Shown: positions 1-9,252 of the stretch, one piece after another
Position numbering within the stretch: the first letter of the stretch is position 1
Layout of the letters: each line of letters begins with the position of its first letter
From: Candidatus Zixiibacteriota bacterium
GTDB taxonomy: Bacteria > Zixibacteria > MSB-5A5 > GN15 > FEB-12
Assembly: GCA_041742355.1 (NCBI GenBank)
Contig: JBGSIV010000064.1
Location: 1 to 32,005, forward strand
Reading direction: 5' to 3'
Length of the DNA stretch: 32,005 nt
Made by a program: the position numbers and the translations under genes
The notes under the pieces: model-generated
The model's input: the letters and a program-made list of their open reading frames with translations, nothing else
Database searches by the model: none
What the model was told of the DNA's origin: nothing

Positions 1-1
1 C

Positions 2-3000
2 GACGAGGAGGTCGTGGCCATCACGGTGGCCAACGTCAACCGTCCGCCGGTCTTAGCGACCATCGGCCCCAAGAACGTCAATGAGAATGCCCTGCTGACC
101 TTTACGGTCACGGCCAGTGATCCGGACAGCGATCCGGTCACCTTGAGTGCGTCGAATCTCCCCACCGGGGCCTCGTTCACTCCCGCCACGGGCGTGTTCA
201 GCTGGACGCCGACCTACGAGCAGGCCGGGTCTTTCGACATAACGTTTGGTTCCTCTGACGGTCTGTTGTCGGACAACGAACTCGTCACGATCACGGTCAA
301 TAACGTCAACCGGCCGCCGGTGCTTGCCGCAATCGGCGCGAAGTCGACTGACGTGGGCGTGCTGCTTGAGTTCACGGTGACGGCCGCTGACCCCGACTTG
401 ACCCCGCTGACCCTGAGCGCAACGAATCTTCCGACCGGAGCCTCGTTTGTCCCGGCGACCGGTGTGTTCAGCTGGACGCCGACCGTCGATCAGGTCGGCA
501 CGGTCAACGTCACATTCGCCGTTTCCGACGGCGACCTGACTGACGACGAAATCGTCGCCATCACTGTCAACGCCCTTGCCAACCAGGCCCCCGTGCTGGC
601 GGCAATTGGCCCGAAGACGGTTGACGAAGGCCAGACCCTGAACATCCCTCTCAGCGCCACCGATCCCAACGGCACCTTCCCGACCTTTGCCGTCGAGAAC
701 ATCCCTCCGGGCGCTTCTCTGGTCGATAACGGCGACGGTACCGCCACCTTTGAGTGGGCGACGACCTACACCGATGCCGGCAATTACCAGCTGCTCTTCA
801 TGGCCACCGACGGTGCTTTGGCTGACTCTGAGTACGTCGACATCACCGTCGTCAACGTCAACCGGCCCCCGGTTCTTGCGGCCATTGGTCCCCAATCGAC
901 CACCGTTGGCGTGCAGTTGCTGTTCAACGTGACCGCTTCCGATCCTGACGGTGCCATTCCGACGTTCGACATCATCGGCCTGCCGATCGGCGCCACGTTT
1001 GTCGATAACGGTGACGGGACCGCAACTTTCGACTGGACGCCGACCGCCGATCAGGCCGGCACCATCGATGTCACGTTCTCGGCCACCGACGGTGTGCTGA
1101 CCGACGACGAAGTCGTCTCCATCACCGTCAATTCGCTCGCCAATCAGGCCCCTGTCCTGGCCGAAATCGGCGCGAAATCCGTCGATGAAAACACCCTTCT
1201 GAACTTTGTCGTCTCGGCGACCGATCCGGATGCCACGACGCCGGTTCTCAGCGTCGTCAATCTCCCGGTCGGTGCTTCGTTCGTCGACAACAATGACGGG
1301 ACCGGTACGTTCGACTGGACACCCGCCTATCTGCAGGCCGGTGTGTACCTGGTCACCTTTATCGCCTCCGACGGCTCGCTGGCCGACAGTGAAGTTGTCC
1401 AGATCACGGTCGTCGACGTCAATCGTCCTCCGGTGATCGTAACGAACGCCGTCGACACTACCATCGATGAGTGCGGCAGCGTGACCTTTTACTTCGTCGC
1501 GCCCGATCCCGACCTGCAGACGACCTCTATGTTTGCTGAAGGTCTTGTCGGAGGCATGGCGTTTGAAGTGATCGACACGGTCGGCACCTTCACCTTCACG
1601 CCCGACACGACGCAGGCCGGTTCCTATCCGGTCATGATCATGGCGACCGATGGCGAAGACACCTCAATGGTCGGCTTTGTCATCACGGTTGAAGAGTGCT
1701 CGGTTGAGCCGCCGTGCGCCAATCTGTTCGTGTCCGACACGGCGTTCTACGTCACGGATACCATTGGGGCGGGCGAAGGACCGTTCGGCTTCCGCACGCT
1801 GAATGTCACCAGCGATATCGCGGCCTGTTTCACGGTTTCCGATACGATTCCGTGGCTGATGGCAGTGCCGACCGAGGCCTGCACCCCGGCAATCGTCACG
1901 ATCTCCTACGACGCCACCGGCCTTACGGAAGGTGTGAACTACGGCTACGTGATGATTACCGGTGACTCCACCGTCTGTGAATCGCGTTTCCGTTACATAC
2001 CCTTCATCCTGAACCTGGTCGACACGTCAGGCACGCCGGTTAACCACGGCGACACGGTTGGAGTTAGAATCGCCAATGCCGTTCCCGGCGCCAAGGCCGA
2101 CGTTCTGGTCCAGTTCCGCAACCAGTGTACCCTGACCGAGGTCAATTTGATCCTCACCTGGCCGGATGGGCTCCATCTTGACTCCATTTCGACCTCCGGT
2201 CGCTTGAGCGACTTCAATTGGAATAACTACATTTTCAACGATTCCAATTTCGCCGATCTTAACGCCGTGAACGCCATGGGCGAACCGGCCGGGTACGGCG
2301 ATCTGGCTATCCTGCACTTTACCGTTGCGGCCGACGCTGTTGAGGGTTTCTACGAAGTCACCCGGTACGATGTTAGTCCCAACCCGCGCTTCCTGATCAA
2401 TTGCGGCAACGATGACTTCCAGGTCGAGCCGTGGTTCTTCTCCGGCGGCGTGATGGTCGAAACCGCGCCGAGCTTCGCCTGTGGCTACGTGGTCGACCCA
2501 GAAGGCACTCCGATCGATGGCGCGACGGTCCAGTTCTGGTCGGCTTTCCCGACCACCGGTCCGGAAGCCGCGACGACCTCGATTGCCGACGGCTACTTCG
2601 AGTTCACGAACTACATCGTCGGCCAGTTCGACCTGTTCGCCTTCAAAGCCGGCTACTATCCCGGCCTGGTCGAGAACGTCAACTGGGGCACCACCGGCAT
2701 TATGATTGTCTTGACGCCGATTCCCGAGCTGACCCCGACCTACGAGTGGGTTAACTTCTACTGCGACGCCAACCTGTACTTTGGCGCCAGCCTCCCGGTC
2801 GGCTCGGTCATCGATGCCTATGACCCGGATGGCGTGCGCTGTGGTACGTGGACAGTCACCGAAGAAGGCAAGTACGGCTTCATGCCGGTTTACCGCGATG
2901 ATCCGTATTCTGAAGAAGATGAAGGCGCCGAGCCCGGCGACGTCATCCGCTTCTACGTCAACGGCATGGAGGCTCAGGCCTACGGCGACAACGTCTGGAC

Positions 3001-4210
3001 CAAGAACGGCGACTCGTGGATGGTCTGTCTTGAGGCCGGCGAGTTCAACAAGGTCTGCGACCTCGTTGCGGGCTGGAACCTCGTGAGCTGGTCCGTCGAC
3101 ACCGAGTCTGACGACATTCAGGCAGCCCTTGCCCCGATCGCCGACCATATCGAGCTGGTCCTCGGCTTCGAACAGGGCGGTCTGACCTACGACCCGAACC
3201 TCCCGCAGTTCTCGACCCTGTGGGAAGTCGACCACCTGTCCGGCTACTGGATCAAGGTTGACGCCGATGTCACGCTTGAGATGACCGGCGCCCCGGTCAG
3301 CGCGGCGACCCCGATCCCGGTGACGCGCGGCTGGAACCTTGTCTCCTACCTGCCGAACTTCATGATGCCGACCGAGATTGCCCTGCAGTCGCTCGGCAAC
3401 AACGTTTTGGTTGCCCTCGGCTTCGACAACGGCGGTCTTGTGTACCTGCCGGGTGACGAGGTCCACAACACCCTGACCGACATGGGGCCGTGCTTCGGCT
3501 ACTGGGTCAAGGTGAGCAATGGCGACGAACTCATCTACCCGACCGACGCTCCGGTGATTTACGCTCAGCAGCGCCTGCCGCTGGGGGATGCAGCCGCCAA
3601 GACGGCTGACGGTATCACCGCGACCACGCAGTGGATGAACCTCTATGCCCACAACCTCACCATCGACGGCAAGACGGCTCCGGCCGGCGCCCTCGTCGAG
3701 GCCTACACGCTCGACGGCGTCAGAATCGGCAGCGCGACGGTCAAGGGCGAGGGTATGTTCGGCTTCATGCCGGTCTACGCCGACGATCCGACGACCAGCG
3801 TCGCCGACGGTGTCCGGTCCGGCCAGAGCTTCACCCTGAAGGTCAACGGCACACCGGTCGAGGAGACCTTCGTGTTCACCGCCCATGGTGAGCAGATCGA
3901 AGTCCACAACCTGACCGCGAAGACGGGCGACGAGCCGAGTCTGCCGAGCAGCTACTCGCTGAAGCAGAACTATCCGAACCCGTTCAACCCGACCACGACG
4001 ATCGAGTTCAGCCTGCCGGCCTCCGGCAAGGCCAAAGTCGAGATCTTCAACGTTCTCGGTGAGCTCGTCGCCACCCCGTTCGACGGTATGGCCCAGTCCG
4101 GGTCCAACGTCGTCGTCTGGGACGGCGCCAGAGTGGCCTCGGGCATTTACTTCTATCGCCTTACTGCCGATAACTACAGCGAGACGAAGAAGATGACACT
4201 CCTGAAGTAG
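2..4210 (+). CDS. Large secreted surface protein, 5'-partial: six Ig/cadherin-like repeats, BACON-like domain, cohesin-like domain, carboxypeptidase-regulatory-like domain, two 'GFMPVY-DDP' modules, GWNLVS repeats, T9SS type-A-like CTD
   Basis: The frame is open from base 2 (GAC GAG GAG GTC GTG), so the true start lies upstream of the window. N(R/Q)xPV repeats begin at 38, 308, 581, 860, 1142 and 1421. C-terminus is LKQNYPNPFNPTTTIEFSLP...SGIYFYRL...KKMTLLK. Confidence 0.9.
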   Translation, partial: DEEVVAITVANVNRPPVLATIGPKNVNENALLTFTVTASDPDSDPVTLSASNLPTGASFTPATGVFSWTPTYEQAGSFDITFGSSDGLLSDNELVTITVNNVNRPPVLAAIGAKSTDVGVLLEFTVTAADPDLTPLTLSATNLPTGASFVPATGVFSWTPTVDQVGTVNVTFAVSDGDLTDDEIVAITVNALANQAPVLAAIGPKTVDEGQTLNIPLSATDPNGTFPTFAVENIPPGASLVDNGDGTATFEWATTYTDAGNYQLLFMATDGALADSEYVDITVVNVNRPPVLAAIGPQSTTVGVQLLFNVTASDPDGAIPTFDIIGLPIGATFVDNGDGTATFDWTPTADQAGTIDVTFSATDGVLTDDEVVSITVNSLANQAPVLAEIGAKSVDENTLLNFVVSATDPDATTPVLSVVNLPVGASFVDNNDGTGTFDWTPAYLQAGVYLVTFIASDGSLADSEVVQITVVDVNRPPVIVTNAVDTTIDECGSVTFYFVAPDPDLQTTSMFAEGLVGGMAFEVIDTVGTFTFTPDTTQAGSYPVMIMATDGEDTSMVGFVITVEECSVEPPCANLFVSDTAFYVTDTIGAGEGPFGFRTLNVTSDIAACFTVSDTIPWLMAVPTEACTPAIVTISYDATGLTEGVNYGYVMITGDSTVCESRFRYIPFILNLVDTSGTPVNHGDTVGVRIANAVPGAKADVLVQFRNQCTLTEVNLILTWPDGLHLDSISTSGRLSDFNWNNYIFNDSNFADLNAVNAMGEPAGYGDLAILHFTVAADAVEGFYEVTRYDVSPNPRFLINCGNDDFQVEPWFFSGGVMVETAPSFACGYVVDPEGTPIDGATVQFWSAFPTTGPEAATTSIADGYFEFTNYIVGQFDLFAFKAGYYPGLVENVNWGTTGIMIVLTPIPELTPTYEWVNFYCDANLYFGASLPVGSVIDAYDPDGVRCGTWTVTEEGKYGFMPVYRDDPYSEEDEGAEPGDVIRFYVNGMEAQAYGDNVWTKNGDSWMVCLEAGEFNKVCDLVAGWNLVSWSVDTESDDIQAALAPIADHIELVLGFEQGGLTYDPNLPQFSTLWEVDHLSGYWIKVDADVTLEMTGAPVSAATPIPVTRGWNLVSYLPNFMMPTEIALQSLGNNVLVALGFDNGGLVYLPGDEVHNTLTDMGPCFGYWVKVSNGDELIYPTDAPVIYAQQRLPLGDAAAKTADGITATTQWMNLYAHNLTIDGKTAPAGALVEAYTLDGVRIGSATVKGEGMFGFMPVYADDPTTSVADGVRSGQSFTLKVNGTPVEETFVFTAHGEQIEVHNLTAKTGDEPSLPSSYSLKQNYPNPFNPTTTIEFSLPASGKAKVEIFNVLGELVATPFDGMAQSGSNVVVWDGARVASGIYFYRLTADNYSETKKMTLLK

Positions 4211-4239
4211 GCCCTGGCCTACTGGTTACCAGACCCTAG

Positions 4240-4271
4240 CCGGCCGGCCACGCATCAACGTGGCCGGCCGG
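4240..4271. repeat. Intercistronic GC-rich stem-loop
   Basis: Perfect 13-bp inverted repeat CCGGCCGGCCACG / CGTGGCCGGCCGG with a 6-nt loop; no U-tract on the + strand. Confidence 0.8.
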
Positions 4272-4296
4272 TCAAAAAGGGATGCAAGAAGGTGAT

Positions 4297-5325
4297 ATGG
4301 TGAAAACATTCCTCGGACGATTGGCCCTTGCCGGACTCGTCGCGCTCATGGCTGCGGCTTCCGCAGTGACTCAGGACATCGTGCCCACGCCCGATTGGGT
4401 CTCCTGGCTCGGCACCGTTTCGATCAACGGCAAGCCGGCCCCGGTTGGCACCATCATCAACGCTTACGACCCGCAAGGCGTCAACAACGGCCGCGATACG
4501 GTCGCCTACGAAGGGATCTTCGGTTTCATGTCGGTTTACGGCGATGACCCGAACTCCCCTTCGATAGATGAAGGCGCGCACATAAATGACCTGATCAATT
4601 TCAGGATCCTCGGCCTGCCTGCGACCGTCGACAGCGGTACTTCCGTCTGGAGCGGCCCCAATGTCATCGACACCGTGCACCTCTCGGTGACCGGCGTGAC
4701 GATCGGTCTTGAACTGGTCGACGCTCCGACCACAGGCGTGGGTTCCCCCCGCGATACCGTCGACTTCCTCGTCGGCATCCACAACACCGGTAATATTCGC
4801 GACTTCTACGGCGTCCGGGTGACTCAGACCAAGGATCCGGCCTGGCAGGTTCTCATCCCGGTGGCCTACACTTACAACGGCCCCGACTCGGTCGTCTATC
4901 TCGACTTCCATGTCGTCGTGCCGAACTGGCCCGGGGAACCGCCGACCAACAGTCTCTCGTACACCATCTTCTCCCGCATCGATACGACCCAGAGCGTGAC
5001 CGGCCAAGTCGACCTCAATGTCGAAGTTCTCGACGCCGAGGATCCCGATGAGCTGCTGCCGGGCGCGTTCACCCTGAACCAGAACTATCCCAACCCGTTC
5101 AATCCCAGCACCACCATCTCCTTCACGCTGCCCCGCGCAACCGAGGCCCGGCTGGAGATCTACAATACGCTTGGCCAGCTCGTGGATGAACGGGATCTCG
5201 GCGCACTCTCCGTCGGCGACCAAGCCGTCGAGTACGACGCCTCCGAGCTTTCCAGTGGAATCTATTTCTACCGAGTTGTCACCGAGTACGGCGCGGAGGC
5301 GCGCAAGATGGTCTTGCTGCGCTGA
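4297..5325 (+). CDS. Secreted protein with 'GFMSVYGDDP' module, Ig-like domain and T9SS type-A-like CTD
   Basis: ATG 4297 follows GAAGGTG (alternative start 4282). Hydrophobic signal peptide. C-terminal LNQNYPNPFNPSTTISFTLP...SGIYFYRV...RKMVLLR. Confidence 0.85.
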   Translation: MVKTFLGRLALAGLVALMAAASAVTQDIVPTPDWVSWLGTVSINGKPAPVGTIINAYDPQGVNNGRDTVAYEGIFGFMSVYGDDPNSPSIDEGAHINDLINFRILGLPATVDSGTSVWSGPNVIDTVHLSVTGVTIGLELVDAPTTGVGSPRDTVDFLVGIHNTGNIRDFYGVRVTQTKDPAWQVLIPVAYTYNGPDSVVYLDFHVVVPNWPGEPPTNSLSYTIFSRIDTTQSVTGQVDLNVEVLDAEDPDELLPGAFTLNQNYPNPFNPSTTISFTLPRATEARLEIYNTLGQLVDERDLGALSVGDQAVEYDASELSSGIYFYRVVTEYGAEARKMVLLR

Positions 5326-5341
5326 CCCGACCAAGTTTTTC

Positions 5342-5370
5342 AAAAACCCCGGTTGACACCGGGGTTTTTT
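5342..5370 (+). terminator. Rho-independent terminator (symmetrical, possibly bidirectional)
   Basis: AAAAACCCCGGT-TGAC-ACCGGGGTTTTTT just downstream of the stop at 5325. Confidence 0.85.
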
Positions 5371-5481
5371 GTTGTTTACGTGAGTTGCCGCGGGCGTTAT
5401 CATCGGTGGAAGCGGAATCGGCCGGTCGCCCGGCGGGCTTTCCGAGTAGGCCTGAACAGATCATACTGAGGTCAATACCCT

Positions 5482-6492
5482 GTGTCGCTCATCATAAAGT
5501 CGGCCGGCAAGACTGATATCGGGCTCGTTCGTTCGGGTAACGAAGATTACCTGTATCTTGACGACCGCAACCACGTCTATGTTGTCTGCGACGGCATGGG
5601 CGGGCACCAGGCCGGCGAGGTAGCCTCGATGGCCGCGGTGCAGACGATTGAGGTCGTCCACAACGAACTCCGCCGCAGCATCCTTAAGGACGAGCGCCTC
5701 TCCCCGGGTCGATCCCTTCCCGATGAAACCGACCTGCTCCTGCGGTCCGTCCGCCTGGCCAACCGGGAGATCCACAACCGGGCTCTCGCCAATCCCGCGA
5801 TGGCCGGCATGGGCACGACCATCGTCGCCCTCACCTTCGAACACGATCTGGTCGGCGTTGCCCATGTCGGCGACAGCCGCGCCTACCGCCTCGACCGCAA
5901 GGAACTCACGCCCCTGACCGCCGACCACTCCTGGGTCAACGAGATGCAAGCTGCCCACAACATGAGCCAGCAGGAGGCCGAATCGATCGTCGGCAAGAAC
6001 GTCATCACGCGCGCCCTCGGCGTTCGCGAAGGCGTCGAAATCGACTGCCGTCTCCTCCGCGTCAACGCCGGCGACACCTTCATCCTCTGCTCCGATGGTC
6101 TTTGCGGCTTTGCCGACGACGATGAGATCTTCGAGGTGGCCAATCGCCATCGCGACGACCTCCAGAAGATTGTCGAGAACCTCGTTCGGTTCGCCAACGA
6201 TCGCGGCGGCAACGATAATGTGACAGTGGTCGCGGTGCGCGTCGAAGAGGTCCGTCCGACGGACATCCCAGAGGTTACGAAGTTCACCCTTCCGGCGCAG
6301 GCGCAGGATCTTATCGCCGCCGAAAACGAGTGGCTCAAGCGCATCCACGAGTTCGACTCCGCCGAACCCCCGGCCACCCGGGTTCAGGCAAAAAAAAAAG
6401 CCGGGGGACCCAGTAAGCTGATCCTCCTGCTCATATTCCTCTTCTTTGTTGCAGCCGCCTGGGCCATCGTTCATTTCACCGGCCCCCGATAG
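5482..6492 (+). CDS. PP2C/PPM-family Ser/Thr protein phosphatase (Stp1/PrpC-like) with C-terminal membrane anchor
   Basis: Motifs TDIGLVRSGNED, VCDGMGGH, GMGTT, HVGDSRAY, LTADHS, ITRALG, LCSDGL, GGNDNVT; C-terminal hydrophobic helix LILLLIFLFFVAAAWAIV. Confidence 0.93.
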   Translation: MSLIIKSAGKTDIGLVRSGNEDYLYLDDRNHVYVVCDGMGGHQAGEVASMAAVQTIEVVHNELRRSILKDERLSPGRSLPDETDLLLRSVRLANREIHNRALANPAMAGMGTTIVALTFEHDLVGVAHVGDSRAYRLDRKELTPLTADHSWVNEMQAAHNMSQQEAESIVGKNVITRALGVREGVEIDCRLLRVNAGDTFILCSDGLCGFADDDEIFEVANRHRDDLQKIVENLVRFANDRGGNDNVTVVAVRVEEVRPTDIPEVTKFTLPAQAQDLIAAENEWLKRIHEFDSAEPPATRVQAKKKAGGPSKLILLLIFLFFVAAAWAIVHFTGPR

Positions 6493-6499
6493 TTCCCGT

Positions 6500-7288
6500 A
6501 TGCAGGAAATTGTCATCGTCGACGCCTTCTCGGCTGTCCCGTTTTCGGGCAATCCGGCCGCCGTGTGCGTTATGACCACTCCCGCCGATGAAACCTGGAT
6601 GCGCCGCCTCGCTCGTGAGATGAACCTCTCCGAGACGGCATTCGTCTATCCTACCGAAGGCGGCTGGCACCTGCGCTGGTTCACGCCGAAAGTGGAGGCC
6701 GACCTGTGCGGCCACGCCACGCTTGCAACTGCCCACCTGCTGTTTGAAGACAGCCATGTCCCGCCTGACCGTCCGATCCGTTTCTTCACCCGCAGCGGGT
6801 GGGTCTCCGTCAGCCGAGAGGGTTCCTGGCTGGAACTGGATTTCCCGACCCACCAACCCGAGCCTGTCAATCCCCCGCCCGGTCTACTGGCCGCTCTCGG
6901 GATCGATTGTGCTTCCTATGTCGGGCAATACCCGAGCGCATACTTCGTGGAGATAGATTCGGATCAGGCTGTACGCGATCTCCGCCCCGATTTCACGGCA
7001 CTCGCGAATCTTCCCCGGCCCAAAGTCTGCGTTACCGCCGTCGATTCCACCGGCCGGGGCGACTTTGTGTCACGTCTGTTCGCTCCCGCGGTCGGGGTGA
7101 ACGAGGATCCCGTCAACGGCAACTCGCACACCGCCCTTACACCTTACTGGGCCGGGAAACTTGGCAAGGGTCGCCTTTTGGCCCATCAGGCCTCCGAACG
7201 GGGTGGCGAGTTGAGGCTGCGTCTGCTGGGCGAACGAGTTGGTATAGCGGGTCAGGCAGTGATCGTCATGCGTGGCCGCCTCGTTTAA
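6500..7288 (+). CDS. PhzF-family (DAP-epimerase fold) isomerase
   Basis: VDAF..FSGNPAAV, EMNLSETAF, LRWFTP..EADLCGHATLA, SRLFAP..G..EDP, QASERGG. ATG at 6500 lies just after the upstream stop. Confidence 0.92.
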   Translation: MQEIVIVDAFSAVPFSGNPAAVCVMTTPADETWMRRLAREMNLSETAFVYPTEGGWHLRWFTPKVEADLCGHATLATAHLLFEDSHVPPDRPIRFFTRSGWVSVSREGSWLELDFPTHQPEPVNPPPGLLAALGIDCASYVGQYPSAYFVEIDSDQAVRDLRPDFTALANLPRPKVCVTAVDSTGRGDFVSRLFAPAVGVNEDPVNGNSHTALTPYWAGKLGKGRLLAHQASERGGELRLRLLGERVGIAGQAVIVMRGRLV

Positions 7289-7470
7289 GCTCCGGGCTGC
7301 GCGGCCGGCAGTACCCATAGAAAACGGTCTGCCGCGAAAATAGCCCGCACCGATCCAAACTGACGGTAATTCAGCCCCTTAGCTCCGTGCGTCGGACCTC
7401 CCGGCCCAAAAAATCCTTGACTTTCGACCTGGTAGCGCGTTAAATAGTTGTCCACAACCGAAGTGGTAAT

Positions 7471-7544
<74 letters not shown>

Positions 7545-7576
7545 TTTTTTTATGCTCCATGGCCAGGCCGCGCCGC

Positions 7577-8506
7577 CTACTCCTGCCCTGTGTTCCGTCC
7601 AAGAACGTGCCGATCCAACATCGCCACCAATTGCTCCCGCGAGTAGCCGTGTGTCGGATTGTCGTTCTCCGCTATTAATTGCTCCAGCAGCGCGTTGAGC
7701 ACCCGGTCCCCCTCCCACCTGGTGCCGACTAAATACCGCGGCTTCGGATGCTCCGAGAACAGCGCATCATACACCGCTGTCGCGACGATCTCAGGCGGCG
7801 ACGGTTTCCGGTTCGATTCGGATTCCTCGGCCTGCTCATCCGGCGGGGAGGTTTGCTCAAATGCGGCCAGCACCTGTGCCGCCTCGTCGGCAAACGGCCC
7901 GACAACCCGCCGGAACCGGGCGAGTGTTCCCGGCATTGCGTTGGCCCCCATGCTGGAGACAATCCCCCCGGGCTGCACGATGCTCGCCCGCACACCGTAC
8001 GGTGCCAATTCCTGATCGAGCGCGACCGTGTATGCTTCCAGCGCATGTTTGGTCATGCAGTACGGGCCGTAGTACTTCTTGGAGATCACTCCCCCCTGCG
8101 ATCCGATATTGACAACTCTCCCCCGCGACTCCAGCAGCAGCGGAAGAAAGGCGTTGGTTACCCGAAACGGCCCGAAGACGTTGACCTCGAAGATGTCCCG
8201 CACCTCTTCGTCGGTCCAGGATGCAAGCAGCCCCAGTTCCCCCAGTCCGGCGTTGTTCACCAGGCCGTACAAACCTTCACCTTGATCGATAACGAGCTTC
8301 ACTGCTTCGCGTACCTGCCCGATATCCCTCACGTCCAGCCGGACAGGAGTGACGAGTTCGATTTCCTGCAGTGCCGCCAGATCCTCTTCCGTGCGGGCTG
8401 TCGCATAAACACTGTGCCCCCGTGCGGCGAGAAACCTGACGATACAATTGCCGATCCCGGTGCTCGCCCCGGTTACCAGTACAGGGAGGGATTGTTCATT
8501 CTTCAT
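7577..8506 (-). CDS. Short-chain dehydrogenase/reductase
   Basis: VTGASTGIG, LVNNAG, catalytic YCMTK (YxxxK). Confidence 0.92.
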   Translation of the reverse strand: MKNEQSLPVLVTGASTGIGNCIVRFLAARGHSVYATARTEEDLAALQEIELVTPVRLDVRDIGQVREAVKLVIDQGEGLYGLVNNAGLGELGLLASWTDEEVRDIFEVNVFGPFRVTNAFLPLLLESRGRVVNIGSQGGVISKKYYGPYCMTKHALEAYTVALDQELAPYGVRASIVQPGGIVSSMGANAMPGTLARFRRVVGPFADEAAQVLAAFEQTSPPDEQAEESESNRKPSPPEIVATAVYDALFSEHPKPRYLVGTRWEGDRVLNALLEQLIAENDNPTHGYSREQLVAMLDRHVLGRNTGQE

Positions 8507-8545
8507 TAGCGCAATTCCTCAACAGGTGCGTGCGTTTTCTGTTTC

Positions 8546-9241
8546 TCAGTCGTCTGCCAGTGCATACTCCACAGCAGCCTGACAGTGAAGGTGGAGGGTG
8601 TTGATCACCGGCAACGGCGAGTCTTCAGGCTGAACGAGCAAGGGGATTTCTGTGCAGCCTAATACGATCGCCTCGGCACCATCGTCAGCCAGGTCACGAA
8701 TAATCCGCAGAAAACGCAGTTTCGATTTTTCGGCCACAATGTTTTTCAAGAGCTCTCGGAGAATAGTGTCGTGGATGAATTCCCGGTCGTCCTTTTCGGG
8801 CACCCGAACGTCGATAGTTCTCCGGCGGAGCCTCTCTTTGTAGAACTCGGCCTCCATCGTCATGCTGGTTCCGAGCAGCCCCACGCGGTGAAATTGCCGG
8901 CGACCGATCTCGTCCGCCGTTGCTTCGGCAATGTGCAGCAGCGGCAGGTGCGTCTCTCCGGCCAGTTCATCCGCGAACTGGTGCAGGGTGTTGGCGCAGA
9001 GCAGCAGGCAGTCCGCTCCGGCCCGTTCCAGTCGGCCTGCGGCATCGCGCACGAGGTGATAGACACCTTGTGCGTCGCTGGCCCTGTTAAACGCGTCGAT
9101 CTCGGCATAATTCACGGAGTATACGATGCACCTGGCGGCGTTTAGGCCACCCAGCCGCCTGCCGACCGTTTCATTGATAAGCCGGTAGTACTCCAGCGTG
9201 GAGACCCAACCGGTGCCTCCAATAAGCCCGATAGTCTTGAT
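8546..9241 (-). CDS. Aspartate/glutamate racemase family protein (start uncertain: ATC 9241 or TTG 9256)
   Basis: xKTIGLIGGTGWVSTLEYY N-terminus and two catalytic Cys motifs (CANTLH, LGCTEI); about 231 aa. The ORF-track extension to 9472 overlaps the upstream gene and is not credible. Confidence 0.9.
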   Translation of the reverse strand: MKTIGLIGGTGWVSTLEYYRLINETVGRRLGGLNAARCIVYSVNYAEIDAFNRASDAQGVYHLVRDAAGRLERAGADCLLLCANTLHQFADELAGETHLPLLHIAEATADEIGRRQFHRVGLLGTSMTMEAEFYKERLRRRTIDVRVPEKDDREFIHDTILRELLKNIVAEKSKLRFLRIIRDLADDGAEAIVLGCTEIPLLVQPEDSPLPVINTLHLHCQAAVEYALADD

Positions 9242-9252
9242 GTTGTCCTCCT

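Noticed and set aside
53..6579. Long antisense ORFs (53-895, 2027-3907, 4255-5403, 5461-6579)
   Set aside because: These are shadows of well-supported + strand genes, as expected with GC-rich codon bias.
7417..7457. tRNA promoter (TTGACT-N17-TTAAAT) and DnaA-box-like TTGTCCACA
   Set aside because: The -10 element is poor, and the box is a single mismatched copy with no oriC context.
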